A stretch of 64,000 nucleotides of DNA, taken from NCBI GenBank assembly GCA_963751455.1, contig CAVVUN010000008.1, positions 128,001 through 192,000 of the forward strand, in the 5' to 3' direction. This DNA is from Nitrospirota bacterium. GTDB taxonomy: Bacteria > Nitrospirota > UBA9217. Below the pieces are notes generated by a model, which saw only the letters and a list, made by a program, of their open reading frames with translations, was not told the origin of the DNA and made no database searches. The translations under genes and the position numbers were made by a program. Positions 31,524-40,822 of this stretch are shown one piece after another; within the stretch, counting starts at the first letter, position 1, and each line of letters starts with the position of its first letter.

Positions 31524-31754
31524 TTAATTTTCTACGTAAATCATTTTAGAATCGTGTCGCAGCTTTGAGCGTCTTCGGTCCGAGCATGGCGTATTTGTCA
31601 TTGCTGCCATCCTGTTTTTCATCATGCCTGCGCAGTCGGGAACTGCTCCTTGTTCTGTGCAGCATTTTCCCATCATCTCGAACATCGCGAACTCCATAGG
31701 ACTCAAACCTTCCGATTTCGTCTTGTCTTCCTTCTTGTTTTTATCTTCAGTCAT
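31524..31754 (-). CDS. Small Met/Cys-rich hypothetical protein
   Basis: RBS AAGGAGG; MFEMMGKCC...DCAGMMK. Confidence 0.5.
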   Translation of the reverse strand: MTEDKNKKEDKTKSEGLSPMEFAMFEMMGKCCTEQGAVPDCAGMMKNRMAAMTNTPCSDRRRSKLRHDSKMIYVEN

Positions 31755-31911
31755 TTGACCCTCCTCCTTGCGATTTATGATTTTCCCTGTGGCCGCGAGA
31801 TCTGCCGAAATCCGGTCCGCACATCATCGAACCATGTCCTCTCATCATGAAGAAGCAGAAAACCATCATTGCGATCATAATGATCGGAAATATCCGCCAA
31901 AATCCAAACAT
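31747..31911 (-). CDS. Met-rich membrane peptide (54 aa), possibly a truncated gene
   Basis: Manual translation MFGFWRIFPIIMIAMMVFCFFMMRGHGSMMCGP...; overlaps the next start. Confidence 0.4.
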   Translation of the reverse strand: MFGFWRIFPIIMIAMMVFCFFMMRGHGSMMCGPDFGRSRGHRENHKSQGGGSND

Positions 31912-32036
31912 TCGAATTCACTCAGAACGAGCACGGTTCGATAGTCTTGCGGAAGGCTTTCCACAACGGCCCTGTTTTTCTGCCTGATAAACAGTTATAA
32001 TATTGTAAGGCTTGAAAAACGAAATAGAGGATGAGG

Positions 32037-32216
32037 ATGTCTTTTCATAAACAGAATTTTTCTGAAATATATGATGAGTATCATCCGAAGATCGTCAGAT
32101 ACCTCACAAGGCTGATCGATCCGGTAGATCCATGTCGACAGGCCGGATTCACCACGAAAGTTGTCCAGCGAGCGGCTTATTTTCACAAACACTTCCTGTG
32201 CCGCGTCCAATGTAAA
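32037..32216. pseudogene. ECF sigma factor region-2 remnant with its second half inverted
   Basis: + strand gives [20 protein letters not shown]; - strand gives [30 protein letters not shown]. Confidence 0.75.
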
Positions 32217-32397
32217 GATCAGGCTGCATCGCGCGAGGGGTAAGGGGCAGGGGTCCAGGTTCAGGGTCTAGGGTACAGGGGTCAGGGAACAGGAGGGCAA
32301 GCAATTCTTCAATTGCGAATTGCGGAATGTAAAAGCAAAGGGCGAGACAATGAATGCGACACGGGGTCAGAGAAGCGACGATGAAACGTTTTATTAT

Positions 32398-33768
32398 TTA
32401 AATCCTTTTCTCATATCCGCAGTTGCGGCACTCCCAGACCTTCTCCGACTCGTACCAATACATAGTTTTACCGCAAGACGGGCAAGGCTTGTTCTTCGAT
32501 GGCTTTTTAGCGGGCGGTGATGATTCCTTTGTTGATTCCCGGTATCCGTCGGAGTCCCGTTTTACCGAAGAAAGATCGAAGATCGGCTCGCTCGCCGGAA
32601 GCGCTTCTAGTTTGCTCGAGTGTTTATTTTTCTCTTCCCTTTTACCCTGAGCTTCATCCTTTTCTAAATATTCGAAGCCACAGGAATAACACTGCCATTT
32701 CCCCTCAGAAATGTAGAAGTCCATTTGTCCGCCGCACATAGGGCATTTTTTCTTCTGTTCGGAATCCGGACCTGGTTCAGGTGCGATCGTACGTTCGCTT
32801 TTCTCTCCGATATTTACCTGAACTTCATCCTTTCCCTCTTCTTCATGTCCGCAGGAATAACACTGCCACTTTCCTTCAGAAATGTAGAAGTCCATTTGTC
32901 CGCCGCACATAGGGCATTTTTTCTTCAGCTCCGAAGCCGGAGTTGGTTCAGGAGAGTTCGTATGTTCGCTTTTCTCTCCGTATTTGACCTGAACTTCATC
33001 CTTTTCCAATTCTTCGTATGCGCAGGAATAACACTGCCACATTTTCCCAATCATGGAGAAGCTCATTTGCCCCCCGCACATAGGGCATATTTTCTGCGAT
33101 TTTATATCGGGGCGCGAAGATGATTGACCCACGTTGCTCATCTGTTTCTTTTTCTCGGCGGAAAAATCACGTACAGCAAAATCCTCATCCGGGACGGGCT
33201 GCGACACAGCACTTTCAGCAGTTAATTCCTCAACGTGTGTTTTGATAGAGGTTATCTCCGCCCCGATATCCGTAAAGACTTCACGCATTGCTTTTTCAAC
33301 ACGTTCCATCTCGTTTTCCTGAGATGCCATCCTGTTGGCGATCTCTTTTTCTTCTTTCTCAAGCTGTGCTGTTTTTTCGCGTAGTCTCGAAATCTCGTTT
33401 CTCATTTCCTGCGATTTGGCTTCCTTTGCTTTAAGCTCGTCACGCCAGCCGGGGAGTGCGGGAATTAAGAGCTTCTCGAGTATTTTAAGCTCATTGAGCT
33501 GAATGTTCACGGCGGCAACGATCTCTTGCCGGCTCAGCTTCGAAGTCGTCAACAACGCTTTGATAGCGGCATGATAACGCTGTTTCTCCTCGGGAATTAC
33601 TTCCCTGAACGATTCGGCGAGTGCGTGGAATTTGCCGAATATTGTAGTCTCACTTTCAATTACTGTTTTGATTTCATCGCGGACACGATTGATTCCGGAT
33701 GACAGATCTTCGCCTTCCTTCGCTTTCGCAAAGAGATCGGCAACTATCCGGGAAAGGTTTTCATTCAT
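32398..33768 (-). CDS. Coiled-coil protein with four C-terminal zinc-ribbon repeats
   Basis: 3x CPMCGGQM...WQCYSC plus CPSCGK...WECRNC. Confidence 0.75.
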   Translation of the reverse strand: MNENLSRIVADLFAKAKEGEDLSSGINRVRDEIKTVIESETTIFGKFHALAESFREVIPEEKQRYHAAIKALLTTSKLSRQEIVAAVNIQLNELKILEKLLIPALPGWRDELKAKEAKSQEMRNEISRLREKTAQLEKEEKEIANRMASQENEMERVEKAMREVFTDIGAEITSIKTHVEELTAESAVSQPVPDEDFAVRDFSAEKKKQMSNVGQSSSRPDIKSQKICPMCGGQMSFSMIGKMWQCYSCAYEELEKDEVQVKYGEKSEHTNSPEPTPASELKKKCPMCGGQMDFYISEGKWQCYSCGHEEEGKDEVQVNIGEKSERTIAPEPGPDSEQKKKCPMCGGQMDFYISEGKWQCYSCGFEYLEKDEAQGKREEKNKHSSKLEALPASEPIFDLSSVKRDSDGYRESTKESSPPAKKPSKNKPCPSCGKTMYWYESEKVWECRNCGYEKRI

Positions 33769-33980
33769 GGTTTTCCCCTCACTGCTTATTTATTTTCCTA
33801 TTTTAAGCTATAATGAAAGATAGTTCCAGTCTCCTTTTTTTGTTTCTCGCAATCGCCCGATATTAAATGTCAGTCCATGAAAAAAGAGGCGACAGATTTA
33901 ATTAAGAATTACTCCAGCAGGGGCGACGCAAGTAATGACTCGATCATCGGAAGCAGCAGATTGGAGCGATTTACAATAAA

Positions 33981-34011
33981 AAAACCTTCATGATTGCTCA
34001 TGAGGGTTTTC
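33981..34011 (-). terminator. Rho-independent terminator after the cytochrome gene
   Basis: AAAACCTTCATGA-loop-TCATGAGGGTTTT with a flanking A/T run. Confidence 0.6.
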
Positions 34012-34026
34012 GCTTGATAGCCGGTC

Positions 34027-34338
34027 TTACTTCTTCTTGTGGCATTTGTTGCAGTCGCCTTTGACACTGAATGCCTTGGTTCCGTCATGGCACTTTCCGC
34101 AAAACTTTCCCCCTTGCATCTCTTTCATGGTCATCTTGTCACCCTCTTTTTTCATCTTGAAGAGGGCCGGATGGCACTCGCTGCATTTGAACATTTTATG
34201 CGCGTCCCCGCTGAAAGTTACCATACCCTGTGCTCCGTCCTTCAGTTCGATACTCTTTCCCGGCCCGACCGCGAACACCGGCATTGACAGTACGAGCGTT
34301 ATCATGATAACCAACACCGAAACCATAATCCTTTTCAT
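34027..34338 (-). CDS. Periplasmic triheme c7-type cytochrome
   Basis: Signal peptide; CSECH, CGKCH, CNKCH; M..GKFCGKCHDG.KAF. Confidence 0.9.
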   Translation of the reverse strand: MKRIMVSVLVIMITLVLSMPVFAVGPGKSIELKDGAQGMVTFSGDAHKMFKCSECHPALFKMKKEGDKMTMKEMQGGKFCGKCHDGTKAFSVKGDCNKCHKKK

Positions 34339-34626
34339 TCTGGTATACCTCCTCATTGTTGTTTTAGCCGAGAACTACTTGGCGTGAGCGACACTATCTT
34401 ATGCGCGCCTTGGACGCACGCCCCTGGATTGAAGAATAACTATAAATAAAGTTAGTAGAAAAAGGACTGAGCGTCAAGCAACGGGGGAACAAGGGACTGT
34501 TACTTGTTGCGTTTCTACGGTGCCAAGCATCATTGTAAAAAACCTCATGAGCATGAGGTCCAGCCTTTTTGACATTTGATAATTTTGTTCCAGACTCCGC
34601 TTTGCCCACGGACTTATATAGTTGCG

Positions 34627-35291
34627 TCATTTGGACGGCTCGTAGCACAGCAGCACATTCCCGTTGCCGAACGTTCGCGTCTTTGTCAGCTTCAAAACAA
34701 GCTTGTTTTTAAGGCCCTCAAACATTGTCCTTCCCTTGCCGATGGCAACCGGATTTACCAGGATCTGGTACTCGTCGATCAGTCCCTGCGCTAATTGTGA
34801 AACGATGGTGCCGCTTCCCAGTAACGTTAAGTCTTTTCCGGACTGCTGTTTCATCTTCCGTACTTCGGCAACCACATCGTCCGTCACGAGCCGGGTATTG
34901 GTCCAATCAACTTTATCCAGTGTCCTGGAAAAGACAACCTTCGGCGATTTAGTGGAGCCCCCTCCGGCAGGAGCCGGAGGCTCCCCTGAACAACGCGACC
35001 TCCCAGCGCGGACTACGGCGCATTACCCCCGGCAAGAGCCGGGGATTGCAAGTCGCGGCATTCATTCCTTCGGCCACAATGGGATCATTCTTGATCGCTT
35101 CCGGGGTGGGCCAGTAGCTTGTCCATAAGCTCATATGTTACGCGCCCGAAGAGGAGCGTATTCCCGGAATTGGCTTTCTCTTCTGCATATTTATTGAACT
35201 CCGCATCGACGGTATGCCAGGAGATGTCGCCGCCCGGGCCTGCAAAGTAACCGTCAAGCGTCACCAGGTTGAAAACAACCAGTTTTCGCAT
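34627..35291 (-). pseudogene. Dihydrofolate reductase/RibD C-terminal family gene, disrupted by a 109-bp insertion and a frameshift
   Basis: MRKLVVFNLVTLDGYF, LLFGRVTYE, PKVVFSRTL, GSGTIV, LIDEY split across frames. Confidence 0.88.
34952..35060 (-). mobile_element. Non-autonomous IS200/IS605-type element (PATE-like), copy 1
   Basis: Two subterminal hairpins; inserted 3' of TGAA, ends CCAC, no TSD; removal restores ATG AAT AAA TCG. Confidence 0.8.
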
Positions 35292-35393
35292 TTTTTCGCC
35301 TTTAACCAATTTTGGGAACATGTTCTCACTGTGCCTTTTCTCCCGTCGTACGCTGTTTACAGGTGACAAACATGCATGTCGACTCAACGGATT

Positions 35394-35678
35394 CTAAGAG
35401 CGATTAGTCTTCGCCAGTCCGAATGCCAGGCGTTCCTCGAAATTCCTGATGAACTGGGCGACCTGGATCCCGAAATAAATGCATTTTATGCCATTCATGC
35501 ATTCATCCGCATCCGCCTTTTCGAGGTGGGTAGTCAGCACTTCTTTCCCTCGCCTGAATTCGACGATATAGCTGTTTTTTTCTTCGTCAAAACGAAGGCC
35601 TACAGAAAGGCCATGTTCGCCGATCTCGGGATACATTTCGATAATTTTTTCTTTCAGGGCAACAATCGTATATGCCAT
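35394..35678 (-). CDS. Hypothetical protein
   Basis: 94-aa ORF with RBS AGGAGG; LTTHLEKADADECMNGIKC. Confidence 0.7.
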   Translation of the reverse strand: MAYTIVALKEKIIEMYPEIGEHGLSVGLRFDEEKNSYIVEFRRGKEVLTTHLEKADADECMNGIKCIYFGIQVAQFIRNFEERLAFGLAKTNRS

Positions 35679-36025
35679 CGCCGCCTCCTTCCTCGTTTGA
35701 GGAGTGGTTTATCTTTCAATCGACGTGAAGCGTTATTCTCTCTGTCTAATAAGAGATAGATACCTACTCTTACTTTAGTATAGCACCTGGTATGAACAAA
35801 GGAATGGAGTAGGGTAAGGTCTTTATGGAAACTCGGGGACTTCCTCATCTGATGGAGCGAAATCGTCATGATGTTGAGGTGATGTTGAGGCATTGAGCAA
35901 TTTATTAACTCAAACGGGAAGGTTTAGGGTATCATGATTACCGGAATATTTATGCAGCGAATGCAATAAACGAATGCCATGGATCGTCATACTAGCAGAG
36001 GCATGAGAAACGGAATGACTTCGTT

Positions 36026-36574
36026 ATGAACGAAAAAGCTCGAAGCCGCGATATTTCGCAGTTTTTCAGCGACAAATATCGAAAACTGGTTAAGTACTTT
36101 AACGCGAATTATTCCGATCTCTCGGAAATGGAGGCCGAGGATATTGTCAGCGACCTCATGGCCGATCTCTTCGAGAAGGCGGATTTTATTGCTCATGTCG
36201 AAAACCTGTCTGCCTACATCTACCGTTCCATGCAAAACAGGGCCAAGGATTATCTAAGAAGAAGGAAAAGGACGGTTTCGTATGAAGCGGCCACGTACGA
36301 TGAAGAGAACAGCCTGGACACGGAAACTGTGCCGGAACCGCGTTACGATATGGCAGGCGAGATCGAAGCCGCGGAGATTCGCGGCCGGCTTATAGAGGCC
36401 CTGGACCAGATCGAACCGGACCAGCGCACTGTCTGGATCGCCACGGAACTCGACGGTTATTCGTTTCGTGAGCTGGCAGAAGAATGGGGTGTGCCTATCG
36501 GCACCCTTTTGGCGCGAAAACACCGGGCCAATGCGGCCCTGCAAAAAAAGCTGAAGGATTTGAAAAACAGGTGA
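36026..36574 (+). CDS. ECF RNA polymerase sigma factor
   Basis: EAEDIVSD...AYIYR...NRAKDYLRR; region 4 GYSFRELAEEWGVPIGTLLARKHRA. Confidence 0.88.
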   Translation: MNEKARSRDISQFFSDKYRKLVKYFNANYSDLSEMEAEDIVSDLMADLFEKADFIAHVENLSAYIYRSMQNRAKDYLRRRKRTVSYEAATYDEENSLDTETVPEPRYDMAGEIEAAEIRGRLIEALDQIEPDQRTVWIATELDGYSFRELAEEWGVPIGTLLARKHRANAALQKKLKDLKNR

Positions 36575-36587
36575 AGGAGGGGAAAAC

Positions 36588-37028
36588 ATGATGACAAAAG
36601 AACGGAGTTCCAATCAATGCAACCGGCCGGGACCGTGGATTATCGGCCGGGTCGTCCGGGGGATCGTCATAGCTTTGGCATTCTCCCTGGTGTTCGCGAT
36701 TTTCGTCCGGCTGCTGTGGAACTGGCTGATGCCCGGGATATTCGGCGTTCATGAAATCAATTTCGGACAGGCCTTTGGGCTGCTGATCCTGGCGCACCTG
36801 TTCTTCGGAGCGAGAGGCATGCACCGTATGCATCCTGAATTTACTCGCAGGTGGCACGGGCACCACAATTGGGGATGGGGGCCCTGTTCGAAGGAGAATG
36901 CGGCAAACGGGGAAATCAAGGACTGGCGCCACTATGACGCATGGTGGCAGGCTGAAGGACGGGAAGCATTCAAGAAATATATAGACGGTCATGAACAGGG
37001 CAAGGAACGCAAGGACCCCACGGGGTAA
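36588..37028 (+). CDS. Membrane protein next to the ECF sigma gene
   Basis: LWNWLMPGIFG...INFGQAFGLLILAHLFFG. Confidence 0.75.
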   Translation: MMTKERSSNQCNRPGPWIIGRVVRGIVIALAFSLVFAIFVRLLWNWLMPGIFGVHEINFGQAFGLLILAHLFFGARGMHRMHPEFTRRWHGHHNWGWGPCSKENAANGEIKDWRHYDAWWQAEGREAFKKYIDGHEQGKERKDPTG

Positions 37029-37249
37029 ATGGTTTTAGTTTTGAATTTCGTAGCCTGGACAAGCTGAAACGAATATGCCACAAAGACTCAAGGGCACAAA
37101 GAACTCAAAGTTAACTAGCCGCAACGATGCACAAAAAGCACAAGTAAATTTTTTCCTTGCGTATCTTGCGCGTCCTTGCGGCAAAAATTCTTTTCATTTT
37201 GGATAGACATTCAGGATGTTGGCGTAAAATTACTTTAAAGGAGGCAATC

Positions 37250-37681
37250 ATGTTAAGAAGCAGGACCGCATTACTGGTTGTAATGACCGCCCTTTTGGCG
37301 CTGGTCAGCGCAGGATGTTGTCACAGGGCGCCTGAAAAACGGGCAGAGCACGTCGTAAAGCACCTCGTGGGAACGCTGAACCTGGATGCAGCACAAACGG
37401 AAAAGCTCGAGAAGATCAAGGACGAATTTCTGGCGAGGCACGCGGGCATCAGCAATGCAAGGGAGGAATCCGTAAAAGAAGCCCGGGACATAATGGTGAG
37501 CGCGGAGATCGACCAGGCAAAGTTAAACGCGTTGGTTGAGAAAAAACAGGCAGAGGCGAACAACCTGATCCGGTTCGTTTCCGCCAAATTTACCGAGATT
37601 CACGACATGCTTACTCCGGACCAGAGAACCAAGCTGGCAGCGGAGATGGAAAAACATGCAAGCCGGGCGCATCACTGGTAA
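37250..37681 (+). CDS. Spy/CpxP-like periplasmic lipoprotein
   Basis: SAGC lipobox; LNLDAAQ and LTPDQR motifs. Confidence 0.8.
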   Translation: MLRSRTALLVVMTALLALVSAGCCHRAPEKRAEHVVKHLVGTLNLDAAQTEKLEKIKDEFLARHAGISNAREESVKEARDIMVSAEIDQAKLNALVEKKQAEANNLIRFVSAKFTEIHDMLTPDQRTKLAAEMEKHASRAHHW

Positions 37682-37699
37682 TTTTGACGGAAATAAAGT

Positions 37700-37831
37700 A
37701 GATAGGAAATCGCAGAAGTCGGATTTGCCACTGAGCACACAGAGAGCACGGAGGTAACGCTTTAAAACCTGAAATATTTTCTCTGAGTCCTCGGTGATCT
37801 CTGTGGCAAAAAACTTTTTACGAATCTATCC
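37700..37831. mobile_element. Degenerate MITE-like element containing a 9-nt periodic inverted repeat
   Basis: Right end ACTTTTTACGAATCTATC resembles the ends of the 55756 and 57126 elements. Confidence 0.45.
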
Positions 37832-37887
37832 TTGAAGAAGAGCAGATTTCAGGGAGAGGTAATAGGTCAGGCATCACTCGTCGCAAC

Positions 37888-37975
37888 ATTCAAACGAGCT
37901 GCATCAATATGCACATCTCGGAAGCGGGAAACGGCCCTGTAGTCGTCTTAATTCACGGTTTTCCTGAATTGTCGA
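37888..37975 (+). pseudogene. N-terminal remnant of an epoxide-hydrolase-like alpha/beta hydrolase
   Basis: IQTSCINMHISEAGNGPVVVLIHGFPELS. Confidence 0.6.
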
Positions 37976-38075
37976 CACGCCGCAGGGGCCTATGCAAGTG
38001 AAATTCGTCGAAAAAAATAATTTCGGCGTTTTTATAGAGTAACTTTAATGTTTTGACTTCCCTTTCTTCTGCGTT

Positions 38076-38636
38076 TCACAACATCCCCGGCCGGAACAGT
38101 GATTTTCGGCTGATGATCTTGCCGGAGACCACGAACACGCCGGCGCCCGTATAGTGCAGCGTCTCGGGATGCTTCGGCGAAGCGGCCACATTCGCCTTGA
38201 CCACTTCGAAGATGAAGAAGTTGTATTTGTCGACAAGCGCGTCGTCGTGCAGGCGACACTCGAAGCTCGCATGACACTCGCGGATCAGCGGCGCCTCCAC
38301 CTTGTGCGCCTTGCCGGGCGTCAGTCCGAATTTCTCGAACTTGTCGATTTCAGCACCCGAGGTGTTGCCGATCTTGATGACAATGTCGGTCAGCGCCGTG
38401 GTCGGCAGGTTGATGACGCATTCGCCGCTGTTGCGGATCATCTTGAAGCTGTGATTGCTTTCGGCGATTACGCAGCCCACGAGCGACGGCGTGAACTCCA
38501 TCACGGTGTGCCAGCCCATTGTCATGATGTTCGTCTTGCCTTTCCATTTCGACGAAACCAGAACAATCGGACCGGGCTCCAGATATTGCCGCACCTGGCT
38601 CACCGGGAAATCCCTCTTCTCCGGTTTTTTTCTCAT
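38076..38636 (-). CDS. Flavin reductase family protein
   Basis: LEPGPIVLVSS, NIMTMGWH, ECVINLP, IGNTSG..IDKF, APLIREC. Confidence 0.9.
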   Translation of the reverse strand: MRKKPEKRDFPVSQVRQYLEPGPIVLVSSKWKGKTNIMTMGWHTVMEFTPSLVGCVIAESNHSFKMIRNSGECVINLPTTALTDIVIKIGNTSGAEIDKFEKFGLTPGKAHKVEAPLIRECHASFECRLHDDALVDKYNFFIFEVVKANVAASPKHPETLHYTGAGVFVVSGKIISRKSLFRPGML

Positions 38637-38934
38637 AGGCGATTCCTTTCCGGCGAATGATCTTCTGTACCTATTAAACATATCATCTCCAATTTTGAAA
38701 TCAAAATGCTTTTACCCGGGGTCTGAGTCCCGGCTGCTTCTCCCACTCCATTATTTTTCTTTTTGACCGTCTCTCCATTCTCATCCGGCATAACACCGCA
38801 TAGGTGTGCGACCAAAGATGCAGATTAACACGGACTGCGGATTTGACTCGGCCTCAATACCTTCTATATTTAAACGAGACACATATAAAATACTCCTGAC
38901 TCCTGACTACTACTGATTACTGAGGTTAAACCAA

Positions 38935-40215
38935 ATGGATGACTTTGCTAAAACAAAGGATATCGGCGGCATCTTCCGGTTTGACAGACTGCTCGCAATT
39001 GAGAAAAGGCTGATCCGCAGACAGATGGCTCTTTTAGGCGATCCTCCCGTTACCATTGCCATAGGAAACGGCAACACGGTCTGCTCAGCAAACGGGAAAT
39101 CAGTCGGCACGGTCATTATCCGCGATCGAAAAACTTTGCTGCGATTTGCCGTCCATCCTGAACTTCATTTCGGGGACGCTTACTGCGAGGGGAAAATAGA
39201 GGTAGACGGAAACCTGGTTGACGTTCTGAAAGCCGCTTACAGGTGCATGGCGAAGTCACCCAAAGAAGGCCTGGTCAAGATCTCGAGAACAAAGATCACC
39301 AATCGGCCTCGCTTGAACACGCTGAGCGGATCCAGGGAAAACATCCACGAGCATTACGATATCGGCAACGATTTTTACCGGCTCTGGCTTGATGACAGAA
39401 TGCAGTATACGTGCGCTTATTTCCCAACGCCCTCGGCTACCCTGGAAGAGGCACAGATCGCCAAGATGGACCATGTGTGCAAAAAGCTGACGCTCAAGCC
39501 CGGGGAAACGGTTGTGGAAGCAGGGTGCGGCTGGGGGACCCTCGCCTTGCACATGGCAAAAAATTACGGCGTCAAGGTAAAGGCCTGCAATATTTCCCAT
39601 GAGCAGGTCGTGAGCGCTCATGAACAGGCAAAGGCTGAAGGGCTGGACGACCGCGTGGAGTTTATCGAGGACGATTACCGGAACATCAAGGGCACCTTCG
39701 ACGTTTTCGTGTCTATCGGGATGCTGGAACACGTGGGCGCCCGATATTACCGGGAGCTGGGCAAGGTGATAGCACTCTCGTTAAAGGAAAACGGCAGAGG
39801 GCTTATACATTCGATTGGACGAAACAAGGCGGAACCCATGAACCCCTGGCTGGAACGGCGCATATTCCCAGGCTCCTATTCGCCGACCCTGCGGGAGATG
39901 ATGGAGGTATTCGAGCCTTCCGGGTTTTCCATCCTTGATGTTGAAAACCTCCGCCTCCATTACGCGAAAACCCTGGAGCACTGGATGGAGAAGTTTGAGC
40001 AGGCCAAGGACCGGATAGGGACGATGTTTGATGAGAAGTTCATACGGTCGTGGAGGCTCTATCTCGCCGGATCGATTGCGTCCTTTGCCGTGGGAGATCT
40101 TCAGCTTTTTCAGGTGCTGTTTGCCCGACCGGACAAGAACGACCTGCCCTGGACAAGGGCCCACTTGTATGCGGAGACGAGCCCGATAAGCCGGAAGAAA
40201 AAATATTCCATTTAA
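38935..40215 (+). CDS. cfa: Cyclopropane-fatty-acyl-phospholipid synthase family SAM methyltransferase
   Basis: NIHEHYDIGNDFYRLWLD, YTCAYF, EAGCGWG, SIGMLEHVG, HYAKTL. Confidence 0.92.
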   Translation: MDDFAKTKDIGGIFRFDRLLAIEKRLIRRQMALLGDPPVTIAIGNGNTVCSANGKSVGTVIIRDRKTLLRFAVHPELHFGDAYCEGKIEVDGNLVDVLKAAYRCMAKSPKEGLVKISRTKITNRPRLNTLSGSRENIHEHYDIGNDFYRLWLDDRMQYTCAYFPTPSATLEEAQIAKMDHVCKKLTLKPGETVVEAGCGWGTLALHMAKNYGVKVKACNISHEQVVSAHEQAKAEGLDDRVEFIEDDYRNIKGTFDVFVSIGMLEHVGARYYRELGKVIALSLKENGRGLIHSIGRNKAEPMNPWLERRIFPGSYSPTLREMMEVFEPSGFSILDVENLRLHYAKTLEHWMEKFEQAKDRIGTMFDEKFIRSWRLYLAGSIASFAVGDLQLFQVLFARPDKNDLPWTRAHLYAETSPISRKKKYSI

Positions 40216-40308
40216 AGCAAAGCTAGATCAATTTTCGCGCAACGCCCTGCACTTGCGTAACCCGCTGGGTGCGAGAGACGCAAAGGGAAAGCAAAATCTA
40301 TATTTTTT

Positions 40309-40474
40309 GTAACCATTCAGCTTCTTTTCAGAACGGCATTAAGACAAATCTGAGAAAAAACCCTTCTATCCGCAGATTTCGCAGATTTACGCAGATTTTA
40401 ACCGGAATTCTGGTTTTGTTTTTATCTGCGAAATCTGCGTAATCTGCGGATAAAAAAATGACCTGAATAGTTAC
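40309..40474. mobile_element. MITE with 12-bp terminal inverted repeats
   Basis: GTAACCATTCAG ... CTGAATAGTTAC, flanked by TATTTTTT and TATTTTTC (near-perfect 8-bp duplication). Confidence 0.7.
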
Positions 40475-40822
40475 TATTTTTCAGTAATTCTTTCTTTGCG
40501 ACTTTGCGGCTTTGCGCGAGACGGTTTTGATTTTGAGTCACGCATGAAAACCCGATTATCACACAAAGCCACTAAGCCGCAAAGAAGGATTGAATTATAT
40601 TTTGAATCATGAGGTTCTTCGTGTCTTCGCCTGTGGCCAGTGTTTACGAGGCCCTTGATTCCCGTCTCGCTTTATCAGCGAGATGGTACAACAATGAGTC
40701 TAAGAATTGCCAAGCGCGAATACAGGCTATGCCTTCGTGTGAGACCGCTTTTGATTTTGACTTCATGCTTTATCGGTCGAGGCTTTTAGAAGAATTTCAT
40801 TTTTAGTAATTAAAGGAGGGAC

